Notes: generated by a model not told the origin, from the sequence alone. DNA of 64,000 nucleotides from Mobula hypostoma (GCF_963921235.1 NC_086109.1:19594001-19658000), one strand, 5' to 3'; positions 12,429 to 24,852 are shown, numbered from the stretch's first letter. Program-made: numbers and translations.

Positions 12429-12973
12429 TAGAGGTAAAGATGAAGCCGCACTCAGGGTGGAGGAAACAACACCTCATATTCAGTCTGGGTAGCCTCCAAC
12501 CTGATGGCAAGAACATTGACTTCTCTAATTTCCGCTGATGCCCCACCTCCCCCTTGTATCCCATCTGTAATTTATTTTTACACACACATACACACATTCT
12601 TTCTCTCACTCTCCTTTTTCTCTCTCTGTCCCTCTGACTATACCCCTTGCCCATCCTCTAAGTTCCCCCCCCCCTTGTCTTTCTCCCCGGGCCTCCTGTC
12701 CCATGATCCTCTCATATCTCCTTTGCCAATCACCTGTCCAGCTCTTGGCTCCATCCCTACCCCTCCTGTCTTCTCCTATCATTTTGGATCTCCTCCTCCC
12801 CCTCCCACTTTCATATCTCTTAATAATTCTTCCTTCAGTTAGTCCTGATGAAGGGTCTCGGCCTGAAACGTCGACTGTACCTCTTCCTAGAGATGCTGCC
12901 TGGCCTGCTGCATTCACCAGCAACTTTGATGTGTGTTGCTTGAATTTTCAGCATCTGCAGAATTCCTGTTGTT
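12428..12973 (+). mobile_element. Penelope-like element 3' end / pseudo-LTR
   Basis: GIY-YIG C-terminal codons (DEAALRVEE-QHLIFSLGSLQPDGKNIDFSNFR), a pyrimidine tract, the hammerhead and the tail. Nearly identical to 18829-19360 in reverse. Confidence 0.9.
12841..12876 (+). ncRNA. Minimal type I hammerhead ribozyme motif
   Basis: AGTC-CTGATGA-AGGGTCTCGGCCT-GAAACGTC-GACT: stem I AGTC/GACT, CUGANGA core, stem II AGG/CCT, GAAA, palindromic ACGU stem III and a GUC cleavage triplet. Confidence 0.8.
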
Positions 12974-15350
12974 GGCCTATAATTTCCTTTCTTTTGCCTT
13001 CCTCCCTTCTTAAAGAGTGGAGTAACATTTGCAATCTTCCAGTCCTCTGGAACCATGCTAGAATCAAGTTATTCTTGAAAGACCATGACCAATGCATCTG
13101 CTGTCTCTTCAGCAACCTCTTTTAGAACTCATAAATGTAGTCCATCTGGTCCAGGTGACTTATCCACCTTAAGACCTTTCAGTTTGCCTTGCACTTTTTC
13201 CTTTATAATAACAGTAGCACTCACTCCTGCTCCCTGACACTCATGGACTTCTGGCACACTGCTGGTGTCTTCCACAGTGAAGACTGATGCAAAGTACCCA
13301 ATAAGTTCATAAACTATTTCCTTGTCCTCCATTACTACCTCACCAGCATCATTTTCCAGTGGTCCAATACCAACTCTCACCTCCCTTTTACTCTTCATAT
13401 AACTGAAAAAAAATTAATATTCTGCTTTATGTTATTAGTTAGTTTGTCATATTTCATCTTTTCCCTTCTTATGGTTTTTAGTTACTTTTTGTTGGATTCT
13501 AAAAAATTCCCAATCATCCAACTTCCCACTCACTTTTGTTACATTATATGCCCTTTCCTTTGCTTTTAAGCAGCCCTTAACTTCCCTCATCAGCCATGGC
13601 TGCTTACCCCTGCCCCTTGAGAACTTCTTACATGGGACATATCTATCCTGCACCTTGTGAACTATTTCCAAAAACTTTAGCCATCTCTGCTCTGCTGTCA
13701 TCCCTGCCAGTATCCCCCTCCAATCCACCTGGACAAGCTCCCCTCTCATACCTCTGTAATTCCATTTATTCTATTGTGATACTGATACATCTGACTTACT
13801 CTTCTCCCTCTCAAGTTGCAGTATAAATTCAATCATAATATGATCACTGCCTCTTAAGGGTTCTTTTAGCTTAAACTCCCTAATAAAATCTGGATTATTA
13901 CACAATACCCTATTTAAGATAGTCTTTCCCCAAATAGGCTCAAGTACAAATTGCTCTCAAAAGCCATCTTGCAGGAATTCAACAGATTCCCTCTCTTGCA
14001 ATCCAACACCAACCTAATTTTCCCAATTTCCCTGAATATTGATGTCCCCCATTACAATTGTGACATTACCCTTATTACATGCTCTTTCCAGCTCCCTTCA
14101 TACTCAACCTTCACTATCTTGGCTACTATTTGGAGACCTATATATGATTCCCATAATGGTTTTTTACCTGTGCAATTTCATAACTCCACCCACAAAGATT
14201 CAACATTCTCTGGCCTTATGTCACCTCTTTCTAAGGATGTAATCCATCTCTTACCAACAGAGCCACACCACCCCCTATGCCTTCCTGCCTCTCCTTTTGA
14301 TAGAAAGTATATCCTTTGATGTTAAGCTCTCAACTATGGCCTTCTTTCAGTCACGACTTTGTAATGCCCACAATGCCATACTGACCAATCTCTAATTGTG
14401 CCATGGGTCCGTCCACCTTATTCTGAATGCTGTACACATTTAAATACAGCACCTTCAGTCCTGCATTCTTCACCCTTTTGAATTTTTCCCCTGTGGTACA
14501 ATTTAACTCTTTGCTGTGTCTGCATTTGTACCCAATCATTGGCTTGTGCTTCCTTGCATTCACGTTACACCCATCATCTACATGTAAACCTGCTGGCTCT
14601 ACCATACTGGTTCCCATCTCCCTGCCATATTAGTTTAAACCACTCCCAACAGCTCTAGTAAACCTGTTCACAAGGATATCTGTCTCCCTCAGATTCAAGT
14701 GCAACCTGTCTCTTTTGTACAGGTCACACCTGACCCAGAAAAGGTCCCAATGACTCTGAAATCTGAATCCCTGACCCCTGCTCCAATTCTTCAGCCACAC
14801 ATTTATCTGCTACCTCATTCTATTCCTATCCTCACTGTAGTGTGGCACAGGTAGCAATCCCAAGATTACTACCCTTGAGGTCCTGCTTCTCAACTTCCTT
14901 CTTAACTCCCTGTATTCTGTTTTCAGGACTTCCTCCCTTTTTCTACCTATGCTGTTGCTACCAATTTGTAACCATGACTTCTGGCTGCTCACCCTCCCTT
15001 TTCAGGATACTGTGGACGCGTTCAGAAACATCTTGTACCCTGGCACCTGGGAGGCAAACAACCATCTGTGTTTCTTTTTTGTATCCACAGAATAGCCTAT
15101 CTGTCCCTCTAACTATAGTGCCCCCTATTACTGCTGCCATCCTTTTCAGTTCCCTACCCTCTGAGCCACAGGGCCACTCCGTGCCAGAGGCATGGCCACT
15201 ATTGTTTTCCGCCAACAGTAATCAAAATGGAGTACTTATTGTTGATAATCATTGTGGGCTAGATGTTCCACAATGCCTGTTTCCATGTTGTGTGACTCTG
15301 TGACTCCCAATCTCCTTAAAACAATGTGGGGTTTTCAACTCTGTTTGGAT

Positions 15351-15411
15351 GAATTCCCGAAGGCTGCAATAAAAAGATTTAAAAAGAAAGAAAGAATTCC
15401 CGAAGGCTGCA
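15351..15411 (+). mobile_element. Tiny A-rich retro-insertion with 18-bp TSD
   Basis: GAATTCCCGAAGGCTGCA at 15351-15368 and 15394-15411 flanks ATAAAAAGATTTAAAAAGAAAGAAA. Confidence 0.7.
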
Positions 15412-15974
15412 TCATTTACATCCAACTCCTACTGGTCGTGTGGCATGTCCATCCTTACTGTGTCTAACATTTCCAAACCCTGCTGAGCATTAACCAATTA
15501 ACATTTGTCAAACATGCCTTTGTTTCCTATTTCGAATAACTTCTAAAACAGAGGTCTTCAGAGCGAATTCAAGACACAGTTTCCTTTTTAAATGCCCCTA
15601 TCATTTCCCTCCAGGATTTTAATCACTGAATAATTTTACAAATACTTGAGGCACTAGAGAGGACTGGAAAAAAAACCAAAAAAAAATAACACAACAGCCA
15701 TGCATTAACTTTCAATGAAGCTGCTTGATATCCAGATGGCCTTCTACATGGACAAACAACAATTGAGCTGTTAACTAAGTTCCTTTGAAGAGGGAGAGCT
15801 TCCTGTGTCAGTGCCTCCTGCTTAAAACAGAAACAGGGCATTAGACAGGTTGACGTGTAAATAAATTGCTAATTGGAACAGTGCATGACACAATGTCAAC
15901 CTGGTAGTGGAGGGGAATTAAAAGAAAAATAAATGCACCTTTTATCTATTTTTGGACTCAACTGGCAGGCCACA

Positions 15975-16156
15975 GTTTCCATGACAACAGATAATCACAG
16001 CAAGGCCCACTGGTCATCGTCATAGTAACTGTGACAAGCTGTCCAGCTGTCATAAATAAGGCAGAACCACTAACCAGAAAGGTACACGCGTCTGTATTTC
16101 CAATTGACCTCCCCTGCTTGCTCCCTCAACCCATATAATCCTGGTACCAGGGCAAC
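15975..16156. promoter_or_regulatory. Candidate enhancer with three RFX X-box-like sites
   Basis: GTTTCCATGACAAC (15975-15988), ATCGTCATAGTAAC (16016-16029) and GGTACCAGGGCAAC (16143-16156), in apparently non-repeat DNA. Confidence 0.35.
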
Positions 16157-17499
16157 AAGTCCTAATCTCCCCAGAAATATCTCCAGATTGGTTGCAACTA
16201 TTTAATCTCTTCCAAGGATGTCTTAATCCCAAACCTCAAACCTCATAAAATGGCTCACAAAACATGAAAAGGTTTTCTTTTCATCTCCTTTTTTAGCCAA
16301 AGGCCCAGACTTGCGGATAATGCAGTGAACTTTTCAACACGCCAGCAATGCATCTGCCCTGTCTGATCAGAGAAGAGACCTGCATTCCTTTATCACACAC
16401 ATGAGCAGTTTAAACCCAAAATAGAAACCAGGTTATCATTTACATAAATCACGGTCAGGATATGAGACGGACCAGATTCTCTTCTCCACAGAACTACATA
16501 TTTGGTCTTCCTGACTGGTATCTACACTAAAGCCTTTAAAATACAAACACAGATCCCTATGAACAATCTCTTAACTCTCTACAGAGGTCTGGTGGATTTT
16601 AGAGGCCCATATCTGGAAGATTATTTTACTTGGTAAATAAAGTATAATTTATCGTGTGATAAGATTTGAACGGGTTGACTCAGAGGAAAAAGTGTATTTG
16701 TGAAGAAGAGCAGAATCAGAGACCATGATAAAAAGGGTGTCATTGCCAAATCTATTGGAGACACTATTTTATCCAGAGAGTAGTTAGAACTGGAAGAAAA
16801 TGTTATCCCAAGAAGTCGTTGAAATGAATAGCCAAGCTGCACTTTGTAAAAAGGTTATAACAAGAAAGGCTTGTATGGAGCATAAGATAAAGAATAGGTT
16901 AGAATCTGTTACTGAAGATATCACAGCATTACAATTATAAAATCATGTAATTTGACTGAGTTAACACAATTTATTAAAGGGAAATCACATTTGACAATCC
17001 AGTTAACATTTTTTGAGCTTTTATTAGATAAGGGGAACTAATGTATGCAGTTCATTTTGATTTTCATAAAGTATTTGATCAGTTGCTACACAAGAGGTTA
17101 TTCAAACACATAGGATTAAGGAGAATGCATTACTGAAGATTGAGGAATAGTTAGTGGACAGTGTAAAGGAATAAATGGATCGATTTGAGTTGGAAGTTGA
17201 GTTCCACTGGGTCTCAGTTACTTACAGACAAAATCATAGTTAAACTTCCCCTTGTTTGTTGCTGATCTAAGTTGGGTTGGAATGCAAACCATGAGAAGGC
17301 TGCAAAAAGCCTTCAGTGAGATACAGAGAGGGTAAAATAATTGGGCAGAAGAGATGACACAAGGGAAAGAATGTGGATAAATGATATTTTTCCATTTCAG
17401 AAGGCAATTATATAAAAGCAGGGTATTGTTGACAAAACAAAAGAGACTGCAATTGCTGGAATCTGGAGCAACAAACATTCAACTCTGTTCACTATATTA

Positions 17500-18205
17500 A
17501 AGTTCAAAGTTAAAAGTAAATTTTATTAGCAAAGTACATATATGTCACCATATAAAGCCCTAGGATTCATTTTCTTGCCAGCTTACTCAATAAATCTTTA
17601 GAATAGTAACCATAACAGGATTGTCAAAAGACTGCCCAATGAGGCGGTCAATCAGATTACAGACGACAGTAAACTGTGCAAATACAAAAAGAGGAAATAA
17701 AAATAATAAATAAATAAGCAATAAATATTGAGAACATGAGATGAAGAGGCTTTGCAAGTGTGTCCATTGGTTGTGGGAACTTTTCCATGATGGGGCAAAT
17801 ATAGTTGAGTGAAGTTATCCCCTTTGGTTCAAGAGCCTGATGGTTGAGAGGTAGTAACTGTTCCTGAACCTGGTGGTGTGAGTCCTGAGGCTCTTAAGTT
17901 TTCTTCCTGATTGTAACAGAGAGACGGGAGCATGTCCAGGGTGGTGAGGGTCCCTGGTAATGGATGCTGCTTTCCTATGACACAGTTTCATGTAGATGTG
18001 CTCAATATTTGGGAGGGCTTTACCAATGATGGCTTGGGCTGTACCCACTACTTTTTGCAAGATATTCCGTTCAAGCGCATTGGTGTTGCCCTACCAGGCT
18101 GTGATACAGTCAATATACTCTCCACTACACATCTGCAGAAGTTTGTCTAAGTCTTAAATGTCATGGCAAATCTCCGTAAACACCTAAGGAAGTAGAGGTG
18201 CTTGG
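17500..18205 (-). mobile_element. Rex1/Babar LINE 3' part
   Basis: ORF 17815..18060 (AASITRDPHHPGHA...LRTHTTRFRNSYYLSTIRLLN), a 3' UTR and a (TTTGAAC)-like tail. Confidence 0.85.
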
Positions 18206-18828
18206 ATAGAGAGTAGAGAAATATGGTTAAGAGAAAAAGGAATAATGTCTCTTCAAGTTCTCAACTTACTTTATGTCAATTATTCATAGACTAACTGACA
18301 GAAATTGCAATCTGTGATTAATCAACAACTACTCTTGTACCATGGGACTGCTCCGGTGGGAGAACTGGATCTCCTTTACCATGCACTGGGCATTTTTGAA
18401 GTGCTATGCTGTGTGTTCTTTGAGGAAAGTACAGACATGCATTTGACCATCACCTTCACCCAGGTGGTGGTGAAAGGATCTGTTTTACTTTAAGGGCGAC
18501 TCTGAAATCATACAACAGTGTCAAGGAAACTAAAGCAGGTTTTGAGGAGGGTGTAGAAAAGGTATTCCAGGATGGGGCCTGGATTAGAGGGCATGTGTAC
18601 AGCAGTATGAAGAGGGATGGAATACATTCTGATAGGTGACAGGTAAAACCAGATGGGGAAGGGGATGATGGGAAGATGGAGCCTAATGAGGGATGGGGAG
18701 TGGACAGGATTTGTCTCATCCAGCCCCTTTTAACGCTTTATACTCCCACCCAACTTTGTATGCAGATTTACAGAAGGTCTACATACTCCCAAGACCAATT
18801 TGCAGCTGATCAGCTAAAGTATTGGTTG

Positions 18829-20540
18829 CAAACAACAGGAATTCTGCAGATGCTGGAAATTCAAGCAACACACATCAAAGTTGCTGGTGAATGCAGCAGG
18901 CCAGGCAGCATCTCTAGGAAGAGGTACAGTCGACGTTTCAGGCCGAGACCCTTCGTCAGGACTCACTGAAGGAAGAGATAGTAAGAGATTTGAAAGTGGG
19001 AGGGGGAGGGGGAGATCCAAAATGATAGGAGAAGACAGGAGGGGGAGGGATGGAGCCAAGAACTGGACAGGTGATAGGCAAAGGGGATATGAGAGGATCA
19101 TGGGACAGGAGGTCCAGGGAGAAAGACAAGGTGGGGGGGGGAGAAACCGGAGGATGGGCAAGGGGTATAGTCAGAGGGACAAAGGAGAGTGAGAGAAAGA
19201 ATGTGTGTATAAAAATAAATAACGGATGGGGTATGAGGGGGAGGTGGGGCATTAGCGGAAGTTAGAGAAGTCGATGTTCATGCCATCAGGTTAGAGGCTA
19301 CCCAGACGGAATATAAGATGGTTGTTCCTCCAACCTGAGTGTGGCTTCATCTTTACAGTAGAGGAGGCCGTGAATATACATGTCAGAATGGGAATGGGAT
19401 GTGGAATTAAAATGTGTGGCCACTGGGAGATCCTGCTTTCTCTGGCGGACAGAGCGTAGGTGTTCAGCAAAGCGGTCTCCCAGTCTGCGTCGGGTCTCGC
19501 CAATATATAGAAGGCCACATCGGGAGCACCGGGCGCAGTATATCACCCCAGCCAACTCACAGGTGAAATGTCGCCTCACCTGGAAGGACTGTTTGGGGCC
19601 CTGAATGGTGGTAAGGGAGGAAGTGTAAGGGCATGTGTAGCACTTGTTCCGCTTACAAGGATAAGTGCCAGGAGGGAGATCAGTGGGGAGGGATGGGGGG
19701 GACGAATAGACAAAGAAGTCGTGTAGGGAGCGATCCCTGCGGAAAGCAGAGGTGGGGGGAGGGAAAGATGTGCTTAGTGGTGGGATCCCGTTGGAGGTGG
19801 CAGAAGTTACGGAGAATAATATGTTGGACCCGGAGGCTGGTGGGGTGGTAGGTGAGGACCAGGGGAACCCTATTCCTAGTGGGGTGGCGGGAGGATGGAG
19901 TGAGAGCAGATGTGCATGAAATGGAGGAGATGCGTTTGAGAGCAGAGTTGATAGTGGAGGAAGGGAAGCCCCTTTCTTTAAAAAGGAGGACATCTCCCTC
20001 GTCCTGAAATGAAAAGCCTCATCCTGAGAGCAGATGCAGCAGAGATGGAGGAATTGCAAGAAGGGGATGGCATTTTTGCAAGAGACAGGGTGAGAAGAGG
20101 AATAGTCCATTTAGCTGTGAGAGTCAGTAGGCTTATAGTAGACATCAGTGGATAAGCTGTCTCCAGAGACAGAGACAGAAAGATCTAGAAAGGGGAGGGA
20201 GGTGTCGGAAATGGACCAGGTAAACTTGAGGGCATGGTGAAAGTTGGAGGCAAAGTTAATAAAGTCAACGAGCTCAGCATGCGTGCAGGAAGCAGCGCCA
20301 ATGCAGTCGTCGATGTAGCGAAGGAAAAGTGGGGGACAGATACCAAAATAGGCACGGAACATAGATTGTTCCACAAAGCCAACAAAAAGGCAGGCATAGC
20401 TAGGACCCATACGGGTGCCCATAGCTACACCTTTAGTTTGGAGGAAGTGGGAGGAGCCAAAGGAGAAATTATTAAGAGTAAGGACTAATTCCGCTAGACG
20501 GAGCAGAGTGGTGGTAGAGGGGAACTGATTAGGTCAATAC
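18829..20540 (-). mobile_element. Penelope-like retroelement, 5'-truncated: RT C-terminal half, GIY-YIG endonuclease and pseudo-LTR, with 13-bp TSD
   Basis: RT motifs MGTRMGPSYACLF and LRYIDD (20111..20422). GIY-YIG domain GVIYCARCSRCGLLYIGETRRRLGDRFAEH (19298..20110). Stop and frameshifts are present. TSD AAAGTATTGGTTG at 18816-18828 and 20541-20553. Confidence 0.95.
18928..18963 (-). ncRNA. Minimal type I hammerhead ribozyme motif
   Basis: The minus strand reads AGTC-CTGACGA-AGGGTCTCGGCCT-GAAACGTC-GACT; all core positions are intact. Confidence 0.8.
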
Positions 20541-20699
20541 AAAGTATTGGTTGATTTGATTCCTGAAATACTTGGGAATTTTCGCTCATTAGATACTGTG
20601 GGACTTTTATTATATTAAACCAGGGAGTCTATAAATAGCTAGCAGAACCTCAGAATTTAGTGCTGTAAGGAATAATAATTTCCACACTCAAGTAGGTGC

Positions 20700-21010
20700 A
20701 CTGTTGCTGAGGACACTTATCGATGATGTGGACAACCAGGGTTCAATCCTGCCCTCCGTTGTTCTCCATGTGGAGTTTATACATTCTCCCTGAGATGGTA
20801 TGATTTGCCTGCAAGTAATTTAGGTTTCTCTGACAAAGTTGTGCAAGTTTGGAGGTAACCTGGCCAATGTATTTTTTTCTGTGTGTACAGTATGTTTGGT
20901 GGTAGAATTGATGAGCATTTGCAGAGAATAGTTCATATGGAAAATTAGTGAAGGGATGGGATTTCTGTGAGTCATCATGGACTCAATGGACTGAACTGCC
21001 TGTGTTGTAA
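20700..21010 (+). mobile_element. V-SINE (HE1-like), degenerate
   Basis: B-box GGTTCAATCC, V-domain-like TGTGGAGTTTATACATTCTCCC and a CR1-like 3' end. Confidence 0.6.
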
Positions 21011-21340
21011 GGAATTGGAATTGGAATTGGTTTTTTACTGTCACATGTACCAAGCTACAGTGAAAAATTCATCTTGCCTACTGTTCATATGGATCAACTC
21101 ATTACAGTAGTGCATTGAGGTAGTACAAAGTGAAGCAATAACAAAATGAGGTAGATTGTGAGGTCAAGGGTCCATTTTATCATACTAGGGGGACTGTTTG
21201 GTAACCTCACCACAGCAGGGTAGAAGCTGTCCTTGATTCTGGAGGTACAAACGTTTATACGTGCTTTCCGGCTTATGTATCTTCTGCCTGATAGGAGAGC
21301 GCCAGAAAAGAGAATGTCTGGACTGAATGAGGTCTTTAAA
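21011..21340 (-). mobile_element. Rex1/Babar LINE 3' end
   Basis: (GGAATT)n tail and a 3' UTR homologous to 30-330. Confidence 0.7.
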
Positions 21341-21628
21341 AATTGAAATCAATAGCGACACAAGAGATTGCAAATGGTAGGATCTGCAGCAAACAAAAAG
21401 CACTCTAAATATCTCTATGCTGCCATAGATGCTGCCTGACTTGCCGAGTCTCCCCTGCAGCTTGTTCTTTGCTCAGAAATCAATAGAATACAAAAGCAAT
21501 TTAAAATATGAAAACAAAGTAGGAAAGTGGAATTGGGGTGGAATAGAACATAGAACATAGAATCATACAACGAGGTATCAGGCCCTTTGGAACATGATGT
21601 TTTGCTGAACTGATCAAATTAATAATCA

Positions 21629-22608
21629 TAAACACGAAATAATCTGCAGATGCTGTGATCAAAGCAACACTTTCAGTACGTTGGATGAAATCCGCGAGAA
21701 AATCATGAGAACAGGGACAGAGTTCCCCTTGTCCTCACCTACCACCCCACCAGCCTCCGGATCCAGCACATTATCCTCCGCAACTTCCGCTACCTTCAAC
21801 AGGACCCCACCACTAAACACATCTTTCCCTTTCCACCCCTCTCCACTTTCCGCAGGGATCGGTCCCTCCGTGACTCCCTTATCCACACGTCCATCCCCAC
21901 GGATCTCCCACCCAGCACTTATCCCTGTAAGCATAAGTGCTACACCTGTCCCTACACCTCATCTCTTGCAACCATTCAGGGCCCGAAACAGTCCTTCCAG
22001 GTGAGACACTTCACTTGTGAGTCTGTTGGGGTCACCTATTGCATCCGGTGCTCCCGGTGCGGCCTCCTCTACATCGGTGAAACCCGACGCAGATTGGGGG
22101 ACCGCTTCGTCGAGCACCTCCACTCCATCTGCCACAACAGACAGGATCTCCCGGTAGCCACCCACTTCAACTCTGCTTCCCATTCCCATTCAGATATGTC
22201 CATACATGACCTTCTCTACTGCCATAATGAGGCTAAACGCAGGTTGGAGGAGCAACACCTCATATACCGTCTAAGTAGTCTCCAGCCCCTTGGTATGAAC
22301 ATAGAATTCTCCAACTTCCGGTAATTCCCTCCCCCTCCCTTCTTCTATCCCTATGTCACTCTACCCCCTCCCCCAGCTCCCTCACGGTTCTGCCTCCTTC
22401 TTCGACTACCCATTGTTTTCAGGGCTATGACGTCAATGCTTCCCCTCCCCCACCCCTTTGTCTTTCAAATTACTGGTCTTTCAACTGAAGCTACAAGCAT
22501 TCTTCAAATCCTTCCCCATCTTTCATTCTTCAGTCTTGACGAAGGGTTCCGGCCCAAAACGTCGACTCATCGTTTCTGACTGATGCTGCCCAACCTGCTG
22601 AGTTCATC
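21629..22608 (+). mobile_element. Penelope-like element with inverted terminal segment and 14-bp TSD
   Basis: GIY-YIG ORF 22001..22324 and a mutated hammerhead at 22532-22567. An inverted 3' tail lies at 21629-21689. TSD CAAATTAATAATCA at 21615-21628 and 22609-22622. Confidence 0.9.
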
Positions 22609-24077
22609 CAAATTAATAATCAAATGGCCCTCTAAACTAATCCTTTATGCCAATATATTTCCACTTCCTAATATTCATGTACCTATCTAAGATCTTCTTG
22701 AATGCCCCTCTCATACATCAGGCACTCACCACTCTGTGTAAAACAACTTGCCCCACACATCCCATTTGAACTTACTCCCTCTTCCTCTAAATGCCTGCCC
22801 TCTAGTGTGAAACGATGCAACCCTGGGAAAAGGTGCTGGCTGACTACTCTATCTATGCCTCTCATAATCTTATAAGCTTCTAACAAATCTTCCCTCGGCA
22901 TCTGTCGCTCTGGAGAAAACAACCCAGATTTGTCAAAAAAAAAATTATAGTACATGCCTTCTAATCCAGGCAACACCCTGGAAAACCTCTTCTGTACCCT
23001 CTTCAAAGTCTTAACATCCTTCCTATCAAGTGAATGCAATGCTCCAGATGCAGACTAACTAGAGATTTATAAAGCTGCAACATAACTTCCCGACTCCTGA
23101 ATGCAATTCCTTGACTAATAATAAGCCACAAACAGTAGAAGTCCCAGTACAGATCCCTACGAAACAGTAAGAGTCACAGACCTCCAGCCAGAATAAGTCC
23201 TATTGACCACTATTTTCTGTTCTCCGTGGCAAACAAATTCTGAATCTAAATAGTCAATGAACTGAAGTCCCATACATCTTAATCTTCTGTGTGAGTTTCC
23301 CCATGAGGGACTTTGTCAAATGCCTTACTAAAATCCAAATAGACAACATTCACATCTGTACCTTCATCAATCACCTCATCACCTCCTTGAAAATCTCAAT
23401 TAAGCTAATAAGACACAACCTGCCCCACACTAAGCCATTATGATCATTACTAATTAGGCCACGGTTTTCTAAATGTTCACAAATCCTACCCCGAAAATCA
23501 TCTCCAGTAATTTCCCTGTCACTGACATAAGGCTCACTGGTCTTATAGTTCTATGATTATCCTTATTTCCCTTATTGAATAATAAAACAATATTAATCAC
23601 TTGTCAGTCCTCAGGGTCATCACTTCTGGCTAGAGAGAACACAAAGATATTATCAAAGCTCCAGAAATCTCATCTTTTGTCTCTCTCAGTAACCTAGTGT
23701 ATATCCCAACAGACTCTGGGGACTTATCCACCTTAATATTTTTTTGAGAAATCCAATATTACCTCCTTCTTTATCTCAAAAGGTCTTAACAAAGAGATCT
23801 ATAAAACTGCGACAGAACAATGTTTGTCTGCTTGGGAGATACTGATGTGAAGTACTCATTTAGGACTTCCGCCACATCCTCCAACTTCAAGCACATGTTC
23901 CCCTCTTTATCCTTGAGTGATCCTACCCTCTTCCAAATTGGTAATCCTACTTGCCAAGGGCTTCTCATGGATACTCACGGCTTTCCTAGTTCGCTTCTTG
24001 AATTCTTTGCTGGTTTCTTAATAATCCTCAAAGGCTCTGATTTCTTTTAATTTCCTAAATCTTACATATATTTCCTT

Positions 24078-24650
24078 CAACACACACAAAATGCGGTTGG
24101 AACGCAGCAGGCCAGGCAGTATCTATAGGAAGAAGTACAGTCGACATTTCGGGCCGAGACCCTTCATCAGGACTAACTGAAAGAAGAGATAGTAAGAGAT
24201 TTGAAAGTGGGAGTGAGAGGGGGAGATCCAAAATTATTAAGAGAAGACAGGAGGGGGAGGGATAAAAGCTAAGAGCTGGAAAGTTGATTGGGAAAAGGGA
24301 TAGAAGACTGGAGAAGGGAGAGGATCTTGGGACGGGAGGCCTAGGGAGAAAGAAAGGGGGAGGGGATCACCAAAGGAAGATGGAGAGCAGGCAAGGAGTT
24401 ATTGTGAGCGGGACAGAGAGAAAAAAAGGGAAAAATAATTGATCGATAGATAGATAAATAAATAAATAAATGGATGGGGTAAGAAGGGGAGGAGGGGCAT
24501 TAACAGAAGTTAGAGAAATCAATGTTCATGCCATCAGGTTGGAGGCTACCCAGATGGAATATAAGGTGTTGTTCCTCCAACCTGAGTGTGGCTTCATCTT
24601 TACAGTAGAGGAAGCCATGGATTGACATATCAGAATGGGAATGGGACTCA
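24078..24650 (-). mobile_element. Penelope-like element 3' end / pseudo-LTR
   Basis: GIY-YIG C-terminus SHSHSDMSIHGFLYCKDEATLRLEEQHLIFHLGSLQPDGMNIDFSNF, plus the hammerhead and tail. Confidence 0.9.
24139..24174 (-). ncRNA. Minimal hammerhead ribozyme motif with one stem III change
   Basis: The minus strand reads AGTC-CTGATGA-AGGGTCTCGGCCC-GAAATGTC-GACT. Confidence 0.7.
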
Positions 24651-24852
24651 TCGCTTCTCTTGACATCCAAGGTTCCATTACCTTGCCATCCTTCTTTCTT
24701 TATGGTCCTGCACTCTTCGTAGTTAGTCTTTAAATGCCCTCCAAAAACAGACACACCCAATTAACTCTCCTTACTTCCTGCCTAACACTCTCAGGATTTG
24801 CCATGCTCCAATTGAATATTTTCCCACAAGGTCTATATTTTTATCTAATATC

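Larger units (their letters stand above)
11075..15240 (-). mobile_element. CR1 LINE (ORF1 esterase remnant, endonuclease, tether, 3' end) with the RT core missing and two inserts at 11471-12975
   Basis: ORF1 remnant at 14810-15215 (IVRGTDRLFCG...MVVCLPGARVQDV). ORF2 pieces at 14351..14617 (LKVLYLNVYSIQNK), 13447..13749, 13129..13398 and 12975-13056. The 3' end lies at 11075-11470. Confidence 0.85.

Noticed and set aside
11527..12451. Long hydrophobic antisense ORFs here and at 57360-59751, 50873-51544 and 24885-25262
   Set aside because: They are antisense shadows of LINE ORF2 sequences.
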